From positions 241,863 to 305,862 of the forward strand of contig NMRA01000227.1 in the NCBI GenBank assembly GCA_002633005.1: a stretch of DNA of 64,000 nt, read 5' to 3'. A program made the position numbers and the translations under genes. Positions 1 through 14,100 of the stretch are shown in pieces (the first letter of the stretch is position 1; every line of letters begins with the position of its first letter). Origin of the DNA: Phoronis australis (Eukaryota; Animalia; Phoronida). The notes below the pieces were generated by a model. It was not told where the DNA came from. It saw nothing but the letters and a program-made list of their open reading frames with translations, and ran no database searches.

Positions 1-296
1 TTTGAATAGTGTTGAGTAGTTCAACACACCCTGCCCTGTGACCACCACTACACAGATCACCATGTCCTAGAATGAACCAATTGATTACAATAACATCAGT
101 GCACAACTAAAAATTTAGATAACGCTCCCTGGCACCCCAAGTTGTCACCACTTTACAACTCCAGTATTTGTGTTTGACAGTGATCCTTAACATTGCACCG
201 CACTGGGGGTAGTGAAAGGGAGTGGGGTAAAACAGTTATGTTAAGACCCCAATGACAACTGTATGTACACCACGCCCCCTATTCAGTACCTCTGGG

Positions 297-698
297 CCCA
301 GGGTCTAATCATTTTACTCAAAATCAAACTCGAAATTTTTTTGGCATTTTATATTTTATTTTTGTACAAATAACTAAAGTGTCTATTCTCCTATGCTTGA
401 TTAGATGACGTGCATGAAGAACTGTCAAATGCTGGTTTTCACTTGATGACCTGGGCTTTTAGTCTTAATTCAAAATTTTAAGTTTTTACTCCAAATATCG
501 AGTTTTTAGTCAATCTTGTAGCTCAAATCTAGGGGTCATAAAGTGCAAATTTGGACTAGAAACTAATATGGCTACTGAAACCATAATGTACTAGCACAGA
601 CTGGTAGGCACTTACCTTCAGTTTACATAGAAGTAGAATTAGAACATTTCAAACAGAATTTCGAGTTCGATTTAGAGTAAAAAGGTTAGAACCCTAAG
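297..698. mobile_element. MITE with imperfect TIRs of about 40 bp
   Basis: CAGGGTCTAATCATTTTACTCAAAATCAAACTCGAAATT is the near reverse complement of AATTTCGAGTTCGATTTAGAGTAAAAAGGTTAGAACCCT. Confidence 0.65.
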
Positions 699-700
699 CT

Positions 701-939
701 CTGGGTATGCCAGTGCCCTAGGTATGCCAGTGCCGTGGGTATGCCAGTGCCCTGGGTATGCCAGTGCCCTAGATATGCCAGTGCCCTTGGTATGCTAGTG
801 CCCTGGGTATGCCAGTGCCCTTGGTATGCCAGTGCCCTGGGTATGCCAGTGCCCTGGATATGCCAGTGCCCTGAGTATGCCAGTGCCCTGGGTATTCCAG
901 TGCCCTGGGTATGCCAGTGCCCTGGGTATGCCAGTGCCC
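701..939. repeat. 17-bp minisatellite, about 14 copies
   Basis: Unit CTGGGTATGCCAGTGCC. Confidence 0.95.
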
Positions 940-1131
940 AATTAACACTACTTTAAGAGCCTAAGCCTATCTCACACCCTCTGTGGTGCATCGTTCAAAA
1001 ACCATAAAATACATTACTATCTGCAGTTAAGACCGAACACTGTATCACACTAATAACCATACAGTGAGCATACCACTGGTTTTTGTGATATTGGTGAGAC
1101 ACAAGACAGGATGTGACCTGCAGAGACGCAC

Positions 1132-3113
1132 CTAGTGGGGGGCCGTGGGTGAGAAGAACATCTATTCCGTCGGGGATTTTATTCCACACCTCCAAAATGT
1201 CTTTTCCTCTGTCTTTATTGAATCCCCAGTCACCAAAGTATGGCTGCCTATCAAACAAAAGAACTTCGCTTTCTAATGCAATCATAACACATTACCTTTT
1301 TGAGAAGGAACTGCATGGTTACGTGACACAAGATCAAGAATTCTATGAATTTGAGAAAACAACAAATGAACACATGCTCACAATAATCCGTTATTATAAA
1401 GTTTAAATTACAGCACCATACTATTCACTTTTGTTAATTGCCAGCACAAAAGTCAATCTTTATAGTGGATAAACCAACATGTGAACATACTTTTATCTAT
1501 ATTATAAGCTATAGAAGAATGTAAAAATACAACATCAGCAATTTTGTAGTTTGAATTTGAAAAATCTTCACCGTTAAGCAGTGTAAAAGTACGTCATCAA
1601 ACAGGTCTCACCAACTCACCATGGTGACTCATAGATACAAACAGGCCTCACCAACTCACCATGGTGACCCATAGATACAAACAGGCCTCACCATGTCACC
1701 ATGGTGACCTGTACATATAAACAAGCCTCACCAACTCACCACGGTGACCCATAGATACGGAAACCAAAGGCTGAGGACTCTTGGTCTTCTAAGTATTCAC
1801 AGTTGTAAAGCAACTCTTTGGGATGCTTAATCTTGTGATGGTCCATAAAACTGTGAAACTGATCAAGATTTAGGCCAAACCGGTATTGCAGGTCCATTCC
1901 TCTTTCACCAAACAAGCCTCCATTGGGTCCAGTCTCCATGGTGAGATCATGGTTACCAGCTATGACAAACTTGTACTTGTGAGTAAGGGAAGCTACAAGA
2001 CAGCAATGTTAGCACGTCAGTTAATTATAGTTTTTGCACATTTTCATGGATAAAATCATGATATCAAACAATAACAAATAATTGAGGATGATGATATGTG
2101 TCACTGAATGATAACTAGAACTGGCACAAGCAATTTCATCTTAAGTATAAAAAGATCGACCAATCACGGTCCCTTTTTATTTTCTACTCTCACATTTGTT
2201 TGGCCATTACCTTCTGTTGATTATTCTGCCATTCAATAGGGCTGTCCCGGATTACATTGCAACACCTGAATCTCGCTGTATTTACCCAAAATGCCATAAA
2301 CATCCGTCAGGCACATTTGCTGCCTCATTTTAGTGCCACTGGAGTTTCACATATTATTTGTTGTCTGATTCTATACAAGTTTTTCTCAGATGCATTACTC
2401 TATAAGTCCTTCAAATGCCAACAAAGTACTACTGTGTTGTGGGTTGCAACACCAACATGAAAAAGTTTGATTGATAAACTGGACAAATACCCATGGACGC
2501 ATGATCTGAAATTCTTCCCCTTCCCGGCATTAATGAATGAGCGACACAATAATGTACCCGATTTCCAAAACTAGGTCACACGCTTTCCCGGACAAAGGAG
2601 AGCTCTGTCGCCATGTAATCCAGAGCGGCAATATAGGATCTCAAACTATATTAGCTGTGACTCAGAGACACCTTTGTTAGGTTTCATACATTATGACCCA
2701 TTCAGATCCATTATAGTTGCTGTCTCATGTTTATTTGCTGTTAACAAACCTCACTTTATGCACTTTCAGTACTCTTACATCTGGACACCAGTTGTTATAT
2801 CATAGATTTAACTCCTACAAAGTGATTACAACATAGTTACCTAGATATGCATTCAGCTGGCATATACTCTGGTACTCTCCCACCTTTGAAAAATCCCCGC
2901 CATGCAGGAAAACGTCACCAGCGGGAGCTGGATAATCCCAGTGAAAGCGGCCATCTTTACCATGAGTGTCAGAGACACAAACAAAGCGTACTTTGTCCTC
3001 ATACACAGGTGTATTTAATGGAATAGGCTTAACTTCCTCTATAGTCTGATGTTTCTTGTATATCTCCCAACACTTGCTGGGATTGTCTGTAAGTGGGTCC
3101 ACAGTTATTTCAT
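1132..3113 (-). CDS. MPPED1: MPPED1/2-like metallophosphoesterase, copy A; 3'-partial (remaining exons probably left of the window)
   Basis: Exons 3113-2841 (MKITVDPLTDNP...RFVCVSDTH...DVFLHGGDFS), 1992-1740 (SLTHKYKFVIAGNHDLT...IYGSPW) and 1247-1132 (WQPYFGDWGFN...WNKIPDGIDVLLTHGPPLG). All junctions are GT-AG with compatible phases. Calcineurin-like motifs DxH, GD, GNHD and THxPP are present. The symbol denotes the family, not one-to-one orthology. Confidence 0.9.
1597..1758. repeat. 40-bp tandem repeat spanning an MPPED-A exon/donor junction, about 4 copies
   Basis: Unit ACAGGCCTCACCAACTCACCATGGTGACCCATAGATACAA. Confidence 0.9.
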
Positions 3114-3389
3114 TGGATGCCTAAAAGTATAGCAAGCTCTAATAGATAATCTGTTCCATGGTCTGTTAACTGCAAAAAATAATACAAGTTGAATTTCACT
3201 TTGTCAAATTTCTCAACATAATACTTTTCACAACATAAATAAAAATTTGACTAGATATGTTGTGTACAATATTGAGTTTGTTAGGTTCAAGTACTAGTAG
3301 ATAAAATAAAGCTTTGTCATTAGGTTTTAATCCACTGTACAACTGTCCAGCCATGGCTATTGACAAAATCTCCACTCATGGGCCACTCA

Positions 3390-3532
3390 TAGCTAGAGAA
3401 ACTTTCCAATCATAAATAGAGAAAACTGTCCAATCACAGACAGAGACAACTGTCCAATCATAGAGACAATTGTCCAATCATAGATAGAGACAACTGTCCA
3501 ATCATAAATAGAGACAGCTGTCCAATCATAGA
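3390..3532. repeat. 20-24-bp tandem repeat
   Basis: GAGACAACTGTCCAATCATA, about 6 copies. Confidence 0.85.
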
Positions 3533-6500
3533 TCCTCTAATTAACAAAAACATATCTGATAAAATTTTGCAAACATCAATCACGCAGTTGAAAACAACAA
3601 TGTAATTGCCACTACAACTGAGGTGTAGTACTATAGGGGCATTTGTCTGATACATTAGAGAGTGTCAGTACAAGGCACAGTACTAGGGGCATTTGTATGA
3701 AACATAGAGAGTGTCGTTGCAACTGTAATAGAAACAAAAATGCATAATTCCACAAAGGTCACTCATTATAAGCTAAAGCCAGTCAAAATCAGCAATTTTA
3801 GGCTTGACATCGAAGTCATGTTAGAAGCAGTCAACCATGCTCAAAGTACTTATAGTGACCCTCTACTGAAACTTAGGGGATTACCAAGTTGAAACATGCA
3901 CTACAGAAACTGCAAAATATGGTATTAGTAATCAGGTATTTTGTCATTCAAAATCAACAATTTTGGACTTCATCAGAAAACTCCTACACTAACATTTGGG
4001 TTTCCTTATCCCAACGCCTATGGAAGCCTAAGCCAGATGGTGACTATTAAACCTGTCCCAATTGATTCACACATGCAATTCTCCTGGCTTAGCCATGAAA
4101 ACCTATTCAATAATTTCTCTAACAATGCCTCAATTTTAAAAAACAATCGTGTTGGTCGTTTGCCTTACTTGTTGTTTTCATAAGCAAAACAGACGTGTTA
4201 GTGTACGACCGCAGTTATCTTATCCAGCACGTTCAGCCACGCCCATAAATAGCCACATGCTCACTTCAATACGTGACGACACCTGTCAAGCTTTTGACGT
4301 GCCAAGAATTTTACTGGATAATCTGGGGTAAGCAGTGGACACTTTCACGTCCACTTGCATGCAATCCTAACTAGCATAATATGACTAATGTTAAGGGCAA
4401 CAATCCTAACTAGCATAATATGATTAATGTTAAGGGCAAATTCGTATTAGAAGCAGACAACTTTGCCAAGAGTACTTGGAATGCCTGTTGAAACTGGGGT
4501 GTGTTGCTAAGCTGAATTGGGAATTTTTACCATGGTAATCAGGTATTTTCATTGTCATGGTCACCAATTTAAGGCTTGATATCATTCATGTTAAAAGATA
4601 TTGACCCTCCTTGAGGGAGTTGCCAAGCTTGAACTTGCACTGTTACCAGCCAGTGTTTCAAATAGGAAAAGACTTAAAATCAAAAACTTAATTTCTCCTT
4701 CAGTAGTCTCTTGAAGAAGGACAGATGTCCAATTCTTCAGGGTTTCAATTGTTAGAAGTCTTTTATACAACACAGGTTCTGGGCCTTTTTATGCCTTATT
4801 GAATTGTTGAATTTCTCTCTGGATTTATTAAATCAAAAAACATAGCGGTACAACCCTGACCCATTCACACCACAGACACACAAAACAACACAAACACAAA
4901 AACAATACAAACACATCCACAAGCACATCATAGATTTCACAGAGTACAACATCAATGTGAAATATGATGTAACACAAGATAGAAAACAAATGAAAACTGA
5001 TCCTAATGGTAAGGCTTATTCCTCCTGTATTTTTGATAATGAGATTTTATAATAAAAACATATACATACTGCACATACAGTTCTCATACAAAAACAAGTA
5101 AAACGAATTTTAAGGTCAATTACATTTCAGTAAAGAAACTTGGCTTTGTACTGCTTGTGCATCTAGGACTTGCTGTCGAGACACCGGCACAGAGCAAACA
5201 GATGACACACATAAATAATAAACTCGTTATTAGAGAGATTAGAGAGCGCTTTGAATGAATAGTTAGTAGTTACACACAGATATAAACGGCTGCCTTGGCC
5301 AAGAGGTCCCTGTTGACTCTTGGCAAAAACCAGTCGCGTCCGCGTCCGACTTTATGTTAACCTCAAGTCATTTTTACAAATGAAGTTTCAGAGGGTAATA
5401 GCCAGTTTGTAACACAGATTATAGACAGACCAATATTTTGAGTGTGTTAGGACTGGCCATGCAAACACTGGTAACTTATATGTCTTTTGCTCCAATTTTC
5501 AGCAAAATGAGGAAAAGATTTCCATCTACTTTTTTTAAAACTGCTGTAGGGTCCAGAGCATACCCGTAGAACACTCTCACTCCTGTCATTTCTTGTGGTC
5601 TCTTTCATTGCTAGTCTCACCTGCTTTGAACCCACTGTTCCCGCCATCAGGACAATTAATCTTTTAAGTTATTAACTTGTAACTTGAAACTGAAAGGAGA
5701 CATTTCGTAAATTATAGGTCAGGAAAATATAAGCACACTGATAACTTACAGTGAAAATTCTCCAGTTTGAAACATTGTCTGAAATTTATTGTTTCATCAG
5801 TGAATTTCACAATAGTTAAATTATAATATCATCATTTATGATAGTCACATTTCATACATGTCACAGGGTAAATCTATAGGGACCAAATTTCTCATAAGGA
5901 CTTAAAATCAAGGTGTACATTGCTCATATCGGCTCATAAAACCCCCAGGACTGTTCATGTAATCTTTAGGTGTTTTGCTCTAAAGGCAGTAGGCTAGATT
6001 TTAAGCATAATGATGAAAATTGACATTTTTACAAGTTTTATTTCGCAGTTCGCCTTAAATTGTATTTGCATACAGGTCTTAATTATGTTAGTGTAAAAGC
6101 AGGAACTACTTGACAATGCTATTTTTAAAATATTTTATGCTAAACAAAGAGCAGTTGTAATCAATCAATGACTACTTCATAAATGTGAAAACAACAAAAT
6201 TCTGCAAATAGGTGACCTTTGCACAAGTGCAATACCCAAGAGGCTCATTCTATACTCTATAGACCTCATCAGTGACGTGTTATTCCCCAACACTGACCTG
6301 ACGTCATGATACCTACTGGACACGATTGAGTGATAACTACGGCAGAGCCATGGGCTTGGCGATTTTCAACCTACTTCATATTCCCACCGTTGCTATATGT
6401 TGTGTTCTAACTAATTTGACCAAGCAATCTGAAGCAGAGATAAGGAATTCAGCGTGCAATTAACACTTCATTGCCAATGGACGCCGATCGTTTGCTGTGC

Positions 6501-6879
6501 GATTTACCGAGACACCGGCACCATTTGTTTATAACGATGCGAGGAATCGAACGACGCCAAAATCATATGCTTAGGTGAATGTCGTCATATTGTAAGTAAT
6601 TACTGCTTAATCACATTTTCAAGCCGAAACCCAAGTTAAAATTATAAGGCCATAGCCATGGGGGCCTACCCCAAAATCAACAGACAACAACAGGACAATG
6701 ACTACAGTTACTGTGTTCAGCGCGCCACTACCAGTCCAAGTCCGTTTTGGCGATGACGTGCTGTCTGATGATATGGCTTAAGGATCTTCCCACATTCAGC
6801 ATATAAGCCAAATTTGTACTGTAGTGTAAGCCTAGTCCAAGTTCCGACGGGACAATATTCAACTTGGTCGTCATATCGC

Positions 6880-7107
6880 GTCTGCGCATGTCGCGGGATT
6901 TCCCTAGTTTCTATATTAAACCCCGTGACGTCAAGATTTTCCAGGCGTGTTTCACGGTTCACTGTTGTGTTGTTTTCTAGGTCACCTGATGATGAGTCGC
7001 GAGAAGATCAATATAAAAGAAAGAAAACCTCCGGTTCGGAAGTGAGTGTAACGTCACCAGTCGTGTAATATTAGGCATTCGGGTTCTACTATAACATCAT
7101 TTCAGAG
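6880..7107. promoter_or_regulatory. Putative bidirectional promoter between the two MPPED genes, with a probable non-coding first exon of copy B
   Basis: CpG-richer patch with TGCGCATG (NRF1-like, about 6883), TGACGTCA (CRE, 6926-6933), TCGCGAGA (6997-7004), TATAAAAG (7012-7019) and CGGAAGT (ETS, about 7037). A strong donor AG|GTAAG follows 7107, and an acceptor lies 2 nt before the ATG at 8167. Confidence 0.55.
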
Positions 7108-8166
7108 GTAAGAACTGTTTGAAAACTGTAGTTGTATCCGATCCACAGCAACTCCGCATCAATAGCTTAATCAAAAGGTGTTTCAGAATGAAAAAATCCC
7201 CTTGCCCAAATATTGCCAGGTTTCGAGGGATAGAGATTTGCAAAATTTCAACTTTCCATTAAAACTTACAATAGTCTGAGATACATTACATGAAATAGTA
7301 TTTACAAATTGGGTAAACAAATTGAATTAAAGATAAATAAATAAATAAATAAAAAATTTTTGGTAAACATATTGGAAAGACAAAAAGGAGGGACATCTAT
7401 GACGACCACAGGTAACTGATGAGGTGGTGTCTGAAATTATCATAACAGTCAGCATCCTTAAAACTAGCTATTAGGCAAATTGTTCCACTGTTTATCAGGC
7501 GCATAAAGCGTAGATGAGAAATCAGTAGACTGGCCTTTGACACGCCGGTGAGTTATCTTTGATACAGCCGATGACCCACTGAAAAATATCATATGATTTG
7601 TAAAGATTATGGAGTTATAGCTTCACATTCCAGAATCAATAATTCTCCGATTGTCCGCTCGTTTTTGATACCGACCTATTCTCCGGATTAAAAATTTTTG
7701 AATATTTTGTGTGGTATTCCACATGTCATCGAGATTTGAACAAGGACTGTTCCCTTTCGTAATCCACTATCATTACGCCATCAGCCCCGTACGGACTTAT
7801 CACCGAACTCAAAAGGCGCTAGGCCTACTCGTCATCCACGTCACATTTGTTATATCTGTAAACAGCTACGCTCAGTGACTCGGTATACTAGTATCCTCCG
7901 TTTGTGCGGGGACATAGGAAATGTAATCAGCTTGATATCGCTTTCAGTTGTGACCAAATGACGTTTTTGTCTATACGTACCGTTGTAAATGACCGCAACA
8001 TCTCCACGTACCCGTTTTGGGTTACTGCATGTAGTACGTGAGCGAACGACTGGCCGTGATCGAAGAAGGCCGCACTTGGCCTCCTTCCCTTCCATCTCTT
8101 TCAATGTCATTTTCATCGTGTTACTTTTTTCTGTGAGTAATTACTATATTTTTCAAATCTCTAGAT

Positions 8167-11100
8167 ATGCCTGCAGAAACCAACCTTGCTCCCCACCCCA
8201 ATGCGGACAATCCGACAGAGGTATGGGAACAGATGAAAAGTAGTCAACGGTGCCACGCTGTCAGTCCACTACCACTGGATACCCCCGTTAAGCCGACTCA
8301 CATCCGATTTGTTTACATGAGCGACACTCATGAAAACCTGGATTTCGACTTCGAGATCCCTAATGGTGATGTTTTCCTATTTGGCGGCGATATGAGCAAA
8401 CGCGGGAAAGTTGACGCCATAAAGAAATTTAATGAATTTCTAGGTAAATTAGGTGTTATATATGTGTTTATGTGGCAATAAAACCTAGCGTTCCGTGGAA
8501 AACTTTGATATAAGCTCCTAAATTACCGCTATAAAATTGACCTCAACTTGTTCCTCACTAAGGTAAGAAGTTATTTTTTTTTCGTTTTACAAAGTTCGCT
8601 AATTGTTCCTCGATGATGACACGCTGTGAGACAACTTGTAAAGCCAGGTCTCAAGCAACAACGAAATATCATTTGTTTCCAATCCCAGATATCGTATCTA
8701 TCTTGAATAAGAAAATGAGACCAGTGTGATAACGTTATGTGGTCTAAATCATTTTTGTGACGGAAGTTGGTTTGTAAACGCTTTAAATCTCAGACAGGCT
8801 ACACTACAGACCCGTCTACTGGCAAGTTGACCACACCTATAATCATCAACTTGTTCCAACCTAAACTAGAGACGATTTCTGGGCTTGGAAATAAGTGACG
8901 CTACTGATCCGTTATTGTTTTAAACCCAGTGTAAACATTTGGCTTGTCAAGACTATCATTTAATGCGTCGAGTGTGGTCTCAAGTAATAACGATCTGTCA
9001 CTTCTCAGTTTCAATATCAGAAACTATTTCCAATCTGAGAAACGAAAAAGTTGAGTTTCAGTCACCAAGCAGTAGGACAGTCAAAGGAGTTCTAAACACT
9101 TTCGTATCAAACGAAGGACACCATCACGTTGCTTTGGAAGAGCAAATATGCCAAAGAAAATCGACCCGAAGACATTTATATCGGTTTTAAGCAGAATGCA
9201 TAAAAACTCTTTTGCATGAATTTGACGAGGCAAAAATCTATACCGGCAGTGCTGTAGCCCACCGTATCACCTTGAGCACGGAATTCGCACTATAACGCAA
9301 CTTACGGTGCGTAGGCGCTACGTTTAAATGCCAAAAGGTGGTTGGCTGCACCTACGTGCGCCTACGCCCCGCTCACACTGCATACGGGCGGGCAAGCTAC
9401 GCTGACGGTTCATGATCTGTATCAATCTCTTGACCCAATGTGAACATTCTGACATATGGTCAGTCATTTGCTGGATTTTTCAGGAACGCTACCACACAGG
9501 TACAAACTAGTCATAGTGGGTAATCATGAACTCACAATGGACCCAAAGGCGTTCAGTACAAGGAAAGAGTCATCGGACATGGACTACAACGAGAAACTGC
9601 AGACTAAATGGGGAATAGATGTGGCGGATACGCAGTTAAAACTGAGTGAAATGGGTATAGAGAATCCAAAAGACATTCTGAGCACATCCCGGCATTGTAC
9701 ATTGCTTCACGATTCTTCGGCCGAAGTTTACGGCTTGAAAATTTACGGGTCACCATGGTATGCTCAATGTTTACCGTTCGAATGCATATTCACAGCTAAC
9801 TGAAGTATTGGGCCTAAATTCGAAATTGGCGCATGAATGTTATGTGTAAAAGATTGTGTGTGAAGATTGACTTGTTCAACACATATCACACAGGTTGATA
9901 ACATGTTTTCAATTTACCTGGGTAGTGGTATATATTGTCGCACTTTACACATATTGTCGCCGCGGCGACAATATATGATTTCACCTTGTGATGGCACATA
10001 CTGCCTCCCCCTAAAGCATATATCTTTAGCATGACTGTTTATACATGTAAGCATACTAGGCGATACTGTGGCAGTGAAGGTCATGGGGGAAATACAAACT
10101 TCGATAGATGAGGTGGATGTGATGGGAAATCGGAAGCGGATCCAGGGTTCGAATAGGGAGGGAACCCTCACTTTTTTGTGGAAATCCATTGCAAATGTCA
10201 CTGTTTGCAAATTTAGCGTAGATTCCGCAATCAAGGCTGGCAAAGTCAAGCGTGGCTCTCGTGCTCATCAACTATTCGCGGATTTTCCCCGTTTAATCAT
10301 TGATTAATTATTAAATCTATGGTTCAACTTGCGACAGCCTCGTTTTGGCCGTTCTCACATTTTGCTAGGGTAGTTTGTTTTCTCAACTGAATACCGGGCA
10401 TCAGCTTGTTCTCCGGCAAAACGTCGGCCCGTTATATCAGACTATTGCCGTTAGACGGATCCCTGCCTGAATCTGGGTCCGCCTAAGCGTCTTAAAATAT
10501 AACTGTTTAAATGAAAACTACAAGAATGGCCGAATTTCATGTTCGTTTCTTAATGCTAATAGTATACAGAAAATTTTAAAATTTAATTGGAAACAGATTA
10601 AAAATTACATCTAGCCTATCAGCTCAACAATAGTATAACAAAGCACAAAAGTAGGTTAATAGGTCTAAATATAATTAACGTTAAAACCAGGGAAAATGGA
10701 AAAGGTGTTGTGGCTACGATTTAAGTTTTACCTGGACAGACACTAAATACAGGAAATGACGAAAAATACTAAGACGGTAAATTGGATAACCGATATAACC
10801 TTCATTATTCAGGTTACATTGTATATCATGTTCTTGTCAGTATAAGTCACCGTGACTTTGTACACAAAGGTCGATTTGTTCATTGCATAACTTAACAGGT
10901 CCAACTGAAAATAGAACAATACATGTTGATATAAGTTATCAATTACCACCTGTTAACTGGCAGCCAATAATTTATAACAGTTATAAACCTTCTTCTAATT
11001 AAAAACTTTTGACTCCTAAAGACTACTCATTGCTATAGAAATGGTCTGAATTTCCTTCTTACTCTGACGAGATGTGATGTTTGAGTTTGCGAAGAAATAA

Positions 11101-14100
11101 CTGTTGTTCCTTGAGATTCAGACCACTTAACAATCCAACTGATCGTAGGTTAAGGCCATGTTCGATCAGTGCATCACACGCCGTGACAAGCCAACTTGAG
11201 AGAGAACTTGTAGAGCATTCTCTCATGCAATAACTGAGCCGTCAGTTTTTTCGAAGCACTGAAATCACTTCAAATTTAACTATGAGACAATTTGATACCA
11301 ATTTCATTATCTTAGTAGTCTACGATATGATGCGTGAGAATATTCAAAAAGTTGAAATCCATTTTAACTTTATGGTTGTATAGGTATTTATTTCCTCGAC
11401 TCTGGAATTAAGATTTATCTCATGCTTTTTTGTAGGTCTCCAGAGTTTTGCAATATGGCGTTCAATCTCAAGAGAGGTAAGGAGTGTTTTGACAAATGGC
11501 AAGAAATTCCCAGTGATACAGACGTTCTCATGACGCACGCACCACCTCTGGGTAAGGGCATATCTGTACTGGAATTCCCCTAGGCTGACTAATCTTGACA
11601 AGCTTGCCTGTAAATAACAAAGTCCAGGTTCTAAAACAGTCCAAGATAAAAACTGTCGGTGAAATATAGTACATAAATTCGTGAGATTCAGCCAGGAATC
11701 ACGTGATTGAAAACTTCTTGGTGCTGCTTCTCAAGAATCCTTCGTCTTTCAGCTTAAAATCAGTCTACGAGTGGTTTATTTGGTCTCTTTCCCGAAATTA
11801 GGCTAAGACTAAAAGTCAGAAAATTTATCTACAACTCGAAGCCAAAGGACAGGAATCCGTAGCATGCTAGGGAGTAAAAGTCAATAGAGAATGAAACCAA
11901 CTTTTGGATATATTTTGGAGAAACAGGCCGCGTGTATCGGTGCACAAAAGTTATACGCTAGGTTAAGTTCCGTAAAGTCGCAAGAATCTTGCAAAGTGCG
12001 ATGACGTGCTTAGCTTGTAAAACTTGGCGATATCTCGCGAAGTCTTGTGTGATCATTTTCAGCGAGGTTCTCGCGTCTACTGAACGCACGCCATATCCCG
12101 TTGCTGAACATTGCACCTGACTTCATGTAACAACGAAACTTTAAGTGGAACTTGCAAATTAATTCCTTATCTCTGCGTTTGCTTGGCCAAATTAGTTAGA
12201 AACACAACATGTAGCGATGATGTTGATATGAAGTACGGCAGTTTGAAAATTGCCAATTGTTTTTACAACGAATTTTGTGGCGAATATGATCCGCAGCATA
12301 TCACTGAACTGTGCCCAGTAAGTATAGTCTGTGACGTGGTGCCGCAGGGGAATAACACTGCATGATGCGGGCTACGTGAGCCCTGAGATACGTCACCTAT
12401 TTGCAGAATTTCTTGTTTTCTCTGTTACAAATTGCCAATGAATACAACTGCACTTTGTTCAGCTTAGTAAAATAGGATTGTCGTTTAGTTTAGTGCTACA
12501 CATTAGCGCTATAGTCAGGAGCATGCAAATACATTTTTAAGAAGCCCCCGATGAGTAATTCCAAATTAAAAATATATTTCATGTTTTTGATATTAAGCTG
12601 TTTCATGGCAAAAGACAAGCTAGATGTTTCAGTTTTCTGTTTAGTTTCAAGCTCTATGGTTTCCATGTTTCCCCGAAATAAACCACTAAAGATTTCACAA
12701 GGGTACATGGTGGTTTTACCGAGACCAGTACGGCGAGATGGTCTTTCAGGTTCTGTTATATTATAACAATAAATTAACCACCAAAATGAGTCTAACTGAG
12801 AAGTACTTTTTATCAATATGAAATCATATTGTGCAGTTTAGTCAAACAACTAATAGTTCGTTGTTGATTCCCATCAAGCTGGTTACGGCCGCCCAAATAA
12901 AATGTATGACTGTCAAAGAAATTCCAATCAGTAGCGGGGTGAGGTGGGTTGTTTTTTTCAGTTTACTGGTATACGGGTCGCTTTTCCACACGTTATATAA
13001 GTTTTGGCCGGGTGTCGAGTTCAGGTTAAATGGGCATAAAAATGGAATAGAAAATCATTCAGTCAGATAGGAATCTTCACGGTTTGAGTGCCTTGTTTTG
13101 ACAAATAAACATATAGTTGCAGGAACTAAATTTACCATTCACGATTTGTGAAGATTTTGAGGTATAAATCCCATGGGTCGTGTTTTGAGCTCTCTTTCAA
13201 TAGGAATCCATGTTGTATCTTAAGGTATAGACATACATGGGACACTACCTAGCTCTTCGATCGCATGTTTTCGTTTTGACGCAGTCAGTATGAACTGCCC
13301 CAGACTTGGAAGCCCAGCTGCACCCTCCTACCCTACTAAAGAGATGACCTGCCAGAGGCAATTTCACTTTCCCGACACAAAGGACAAGATCACGAGCATG
13401 TTGCTTTGAAAAGGCAAACATGCCTGTGAATAAAGTTGTTTTTGACGCTATAACCTGGGTTATTTATATAGTGCAATCAAAACAGCGGATTTGGGGTTAT
13501 GTTGGCACACTGATTCAAGCCGCTACGTATAAAAGTATGAGGATTAGCCCTTGGTAAAAGCACCCTTCTAAGATGAGATTTGTTCCGATGACTGTAGTCA
13601 GCTCTGCCATGTCTCAATTTAAAGCTGGGCGTGCATTTCATCTCGTTTAACTGCCTCGAAATGGAATTGGTCATTTTATTCTCATAACGTTGGACTAATA
13701 ATAGGATTTCCGTTATCCACACGCATATCGAAACCACCAGCGGCACAGAAAACGTTTCAGCTTTTACTATGGTAGTTGGCCTGTTGTGTGCAACTTGGAA
13801 TTAAATTTTCATTAAAGCAATTAGGTGAAATAGGTGAAATATTTTGTTCAATGCATAGGCGGATTTATGGGGGCAGCCTCCCCCCCCCCTTGGCTGCCGC
13901 AAGCAAAATGAAACAGCAACAGCGTGAAGCGTGAGGAAATATACGAGTTCAGTAACTAGGACCGGTAGCGGATGAGGGGGGGGGGCTCAGTTCCCAGAAG
14001 AATCGTGTTCTCGTTTTTTTTTATTTTTTAAGTCCACCGATAGATGTCTTGAACGGATGGTCCACATTCCGCAACTTTCGGCCCCCTGTGCACATACAAT

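Noticed and set aside
590-660. GAAG|GTAAGT donor at about 616 as the missing MPPED-A HxHEG exon
   Set aside because: The upstream sequence does not encode GHGD...FGHxHE, so that exon probably lies left of the window.
735-956. Cys-rich ORF MGMPVPWVCQCP...
   Set aside because: It is a translation of the 17-bp minisatellite.
5447-5647. 66-aa ORF as an MPPED-A coding exon
   Set aside because: It shows no family similarity and I could not establish a convincing in-phase splice to the 3169 acceptor.
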